32,000 nt of DNA, from the NCBI RefSeq assembly GCF_000013905.1, contig NC_007969.1, positions 2,310,001 through 2,342,000 on the forward strand, read 5' to 3'. This DNA comes from Psychrobacter cryohalolentis K5. GTDB lineage: Bacteria > Pseudomonadota > Gammaproteobacteria > Pseudomonadales > Moraxellaceae. Below, one piece after another: positions 29,597 through 32,000 of the stretch; position 1 is the stretch's first letter; every line of letters starts with the position of its first letter. The notes beneath the pieces are model-generated. The model saw only the letters and a list, made by a program, of their open reading frames with translations. It made no database searches and was not told the origin of the DNA. A program made the position numbers and the translations under genes.

Positions 29597-29645
29597 AAAA
29601 AAAACCTTGCCACATTCTCATATAAGAAGTGACAAGGTCTTTTTA
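29597..29645. terminator. Bidirectional terminator hairpin, copy C
   Basis: A8-CCTTGCCAC, 15-nt loop, GTGACAAGG-TCTTTTT. Lies downstream of fumC. Confidence 0.7.
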
Positions 29646-29755
29646 TTCTAAATTTTTAGTGGAACAAATATGATGCTGCTACTAGCAGTACAAATGGTAC
29701 CTATCGTACATTAAGCAAGTCTGACACCGTAGCAGGTCATTATTTGGTCTACTGC

Positions 29756-31159
29756 TTATCTAGGATTTACCATATCAGCAGGAATTACCCACTCATCAAA
29801 CTGTGCTTCAGTTAATAGCTCTAACTCAACCGCAACTTGCTTCAAGGTTTTGTTTTCTTTATAAGCAGTCTTAGCGATTTTTGCGGCATTCTCATAACCA
29901 ACATGACGGTTAAGCGCAGTCACTAGCATCAATGAGTTGTGCAAGAAGTCATCGATTTTGTCTTTTACTGGCTGGATACCAACAGCACAGTTTTCATTAA
30001 AGCTATTGCACGCATCGCCAAGCAGTTTGATAGATTGCAACAAGTTAAACGCGATAACTGGCTTATAAACGTTTAGCTCAAAGTTACCTGACGCGCCTGC
30101 CATGCTGATAGTGACATCGTTACCCATGACTTGCGCCACAACCATGGTCATTGCTTCTGACTGCGTTGGGTTTACTTTGCCCGGCATGATAGAAGAGCCT
30201 GGCTCATTCTCAGGAATCGTCAACTCGCCCAAACCACAACGAGGACCTGATGCCAACCAACGTACGTCGTTAGCGATTTTATTCAAGCTACTTGCTAGCG
30301 TTTTTAATGCGCCTGACGCAAATACTTCGGCATCACGAGCAGCTAGTGCTTCAAATTTATTCGGTGACGTCACAAATGGAAGACCAGACAATGTCGCCAA
30401 TTGCTCAGCTGATTTTACTGCATAATCAGGATGGGCGTTTAGACCTGTACCAACCGCCGTACCGCCTAATGGCAATTCATACAAGCCTTGTAGCGCATTA
30501 TCAATACGTACCAATGAATGATCAAGTTGGCTAACATAGCCGCTAAACTCTTGACCTAAAGTCAAAGGCGTGGCGTCTTGTAAATGCGTACGACCGATTT
30601 TCACGATGCTATCGAATTCTTTTGCTTTAGCATCTAGCGTATCACGCAGGGCTTTTACCGCTGGAATCAATAAGCCGTTGATTTCACGAGCAGCGGCAAC
30701 ACGAATCGCCGTTGGGAAGCTATCATTGGTAGATTGAGCATGATTTACATGGTCATTTGGGTGAATCGGCGTATAGCTGCCGCGCGCGTTCCCTGCGATT
30801 TCATTGGCACGATTCGCTAATACTTCATTCATATTCATGTTTGATTGAGTACCAGAACCGGTCTGCCAAACGACTAGCGGAAACTGATCGGTTAGACCAC
30901 CGTTGATAACTTCATCAGCAGCTTGTACGATTAAATCGCGCTTATCATCTTCGATACGCTCAAGGCTCGCATTGGTAATCGCAGCGGCTTTTTTGACCAG
31001 TGCCATCGCTTCAATCATCGGACGCGGCAAGGTCTCGCCACCGATTTTAAAGTTTTCGCGGCTACGTTGGGTTTGTGCACCCCAATAAGCGTCAGCTGGG
31101 ACTTCTACATTGCCCATGGTGTCTTTTTCGGTACGAGTTGCCTGATTCTGTGTTGACAT
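29756..31159 (-). CDS. fumC: Class II fumarate hydratase
   Basis: The ORF-track ORF extends to 31285, but the conserved N-terminus [33 protein letters not shown] begins at the internal ATG (complement of 31157-31159). Signature [16 protein letters not shown]. About 467 aa. Confidence 0.95.
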   Translation of the reverse strand: MSTQNQATRTEKDTMGNVEVPADAYWGAQTQRSRENFKIGGETLPRPMIEAMALVKKAAAITNASLERIEDDKRDLIVQAADEVINGGLTDQFPLVVWQTGSGTQSNMNMNEVLANRANEIAGNARGSYTPIHPNDHVNHAQSTNDSFPTAIRVAAAREINGLLIPAVKALRDTLDAKAKEFDSIVKIGRTHLQDATPLTLGQEFSGYVSQLDHSLVRIDNALQGLYELPLGGTAVGTGLNAHPDYAVKSAEQLATLSGLPFVTSPNKFEALAARDAEVFASGALKTLASSLNKIANDVRWLASGPRCGLGELTIPENEPGSSIMPGKVNPTQSEAMTMVVAQVMGNDVTISMAGASGNFELNVYKPVIAFNLLQSIKLLGDACNSFNENCAVGIQPVKDKIDDFLHNSLMLVTALNRHVGYENAAKIAKTAYKENKTLKQVAVELELLTEAQFDEWVIPADMVNPR

Positions 31160-31302
31160 AACTACCCTCTTTGATGGTTTGGTAATGAATGGTTTGTCAT
31201 AAAAAGTGCAACAGCTGCTGCACACAAAGAAAAATACGCTGTAAAGTGGCGTTATGATAGCATGACTTATCACAAATTTCTCCACGTCCGTGAGGGTAAC
31301 TG

Positions 31303-32000
31303 ATGTCTAAGAGCACCAGCCAACAACAATCTACCAGTTCGCTACCTGAGTTATCTACCGTGAGCAGTCAAGCTACTAATAATGTGCAAATAGCTGATAC
31401 CATTAGCAACCCACCCAGACGCCATTTCACTCGCCAGCGTCGTAGGCTCTTGGATAATGAGCGTAAACAATACGCACGCATGGCAAGCTTGCATTTAATC
31501 AAGCTACAGCAACGCTTACCGCCGAATGCACGTATCGGCTTATATTATGATGGCTTTGGTGAGCTACCCACTCAGCCAATTTTGGATTGGTGTCAACGCT
31601 TAGGCTATTTGCCGTATTTGCCGGTGGTCGGCTCATTTGGTCGTACTAGCAATGGCTTGGAAGATAAACGATTGCGCTTTGTGCCTATTTATCATGCAAA
31701 GTTATTAAATGTACCGACACGCATTCATAGCTTAGGCATGAAGCAAAACCATCATCGCCGATTGCTATGGGCAGCAGAATTAGATGTGATTATTTGTCCG
31801 TTAGTGGCGGTCGATAAAAATGGCAATCGTATGGGTATGGGTGGTGGCTTTTATGACACAACTCTAGGTAATAGCTATCGGTCTGGCGCTGAAAAACCGC
31901 TAAAGATAGGCTGGTGCTATGACTTTCAAGTGGTTGAGCAACTAGAGCGTCAATCATGGGATGTGCCGTTAGATGCCATAATTACGCCAAGTGGCTTGAG
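31303..32000 (+). CDS. 5-formyltetrahydrofolate cyclo-ligase family protein, 5' part; continues past the right window edge
   Basis: Not in the ORF track because there is no stop inside the window. My translation from ATG 31303 gives [29 protein letters not shown]...RQRRRLL...[16 protein letters not shown]...[29 protein letters not shown]...[14 protein letters not shown]. It is collinear with E. coli YgfA as I recall it, including the G(M)GGG(F)YD motif. Confidence 0.85.
   Translation, partial: MSKSTSQQQSTSSLPELSTVSSQATNNVQIADTISNPPRRHFTRQRRRLLDNERKQYARMASLHLIKLQQRLPPNARIGLYYDGFGELPTQPILDWCQRLGYLPYLPVVGSFGRTSNGLEDKRLRFVPIYHAKLLNVPTRIHSLGMKQNHHRRLLWAAELDVIICPLVAVDKNGNRMGMGGGFYDTTLGNSYRSGAEKPLKIGWCYDFQVVEQLERQSWDVPLDAIITPSGL

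Overview
This 32-kb window is mostly a housekeeping chromosomal segment. Gene content and order (pyrG-kdsA...eno), moderate-to-low G+C and polar low-complexity extensions on enzymes suggest a Moraxellaceae, Psychrobacter-like genome; this is inference, not a search result. All functional calls rest on motifs I recognise in the supplied translations or in my own translation of the two edge-truncated genes. I support about 25 protein genes. By eye I found no rRNA, tRNA, CRISPR array, transposase or integrase. Left to right: eno (5' part); a copper module (copA, copZ and a cysteine-less HMA paralogue) lying between eno and kdsA; pyrG; a membrane protein with a 4-fold internal repeat; a porin; malate synthase G; miaE; three small, very hydrophilic His/Asp/Asn-rich proteins; ppk1; mtgA; a glutaredoxin-like protein; glcD-glcE-glcF plus lactate permease and L-lactate dehydrogenase; a rhomboid protease; mipA; a low-G+C orphan gene; a Prx5-type peroxiredoxin; fumC; and 5-formyl-THF cyclo-ligase (5' part). 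The best candidates for something undescribed are: (1) the orphan gene at 27932-28720, which has a HEPN-like R-x3-N-x3-H motif and sits alone between near-identical bidirectional terminator hairpins, making it a possible single-gene defence or toxin cassette; (2) the set of three homologous hairpins that divide the mipA-fumC gap into single-gene cassettes; (3) the tandem trio of paralogous, probably disordered hydrophilic proteins next to ppk1; (4) the CopZ paralogue whose CxxC metal site is replaced by carboxylates. None of these can be confirmed without profile, structure or comparative searches.
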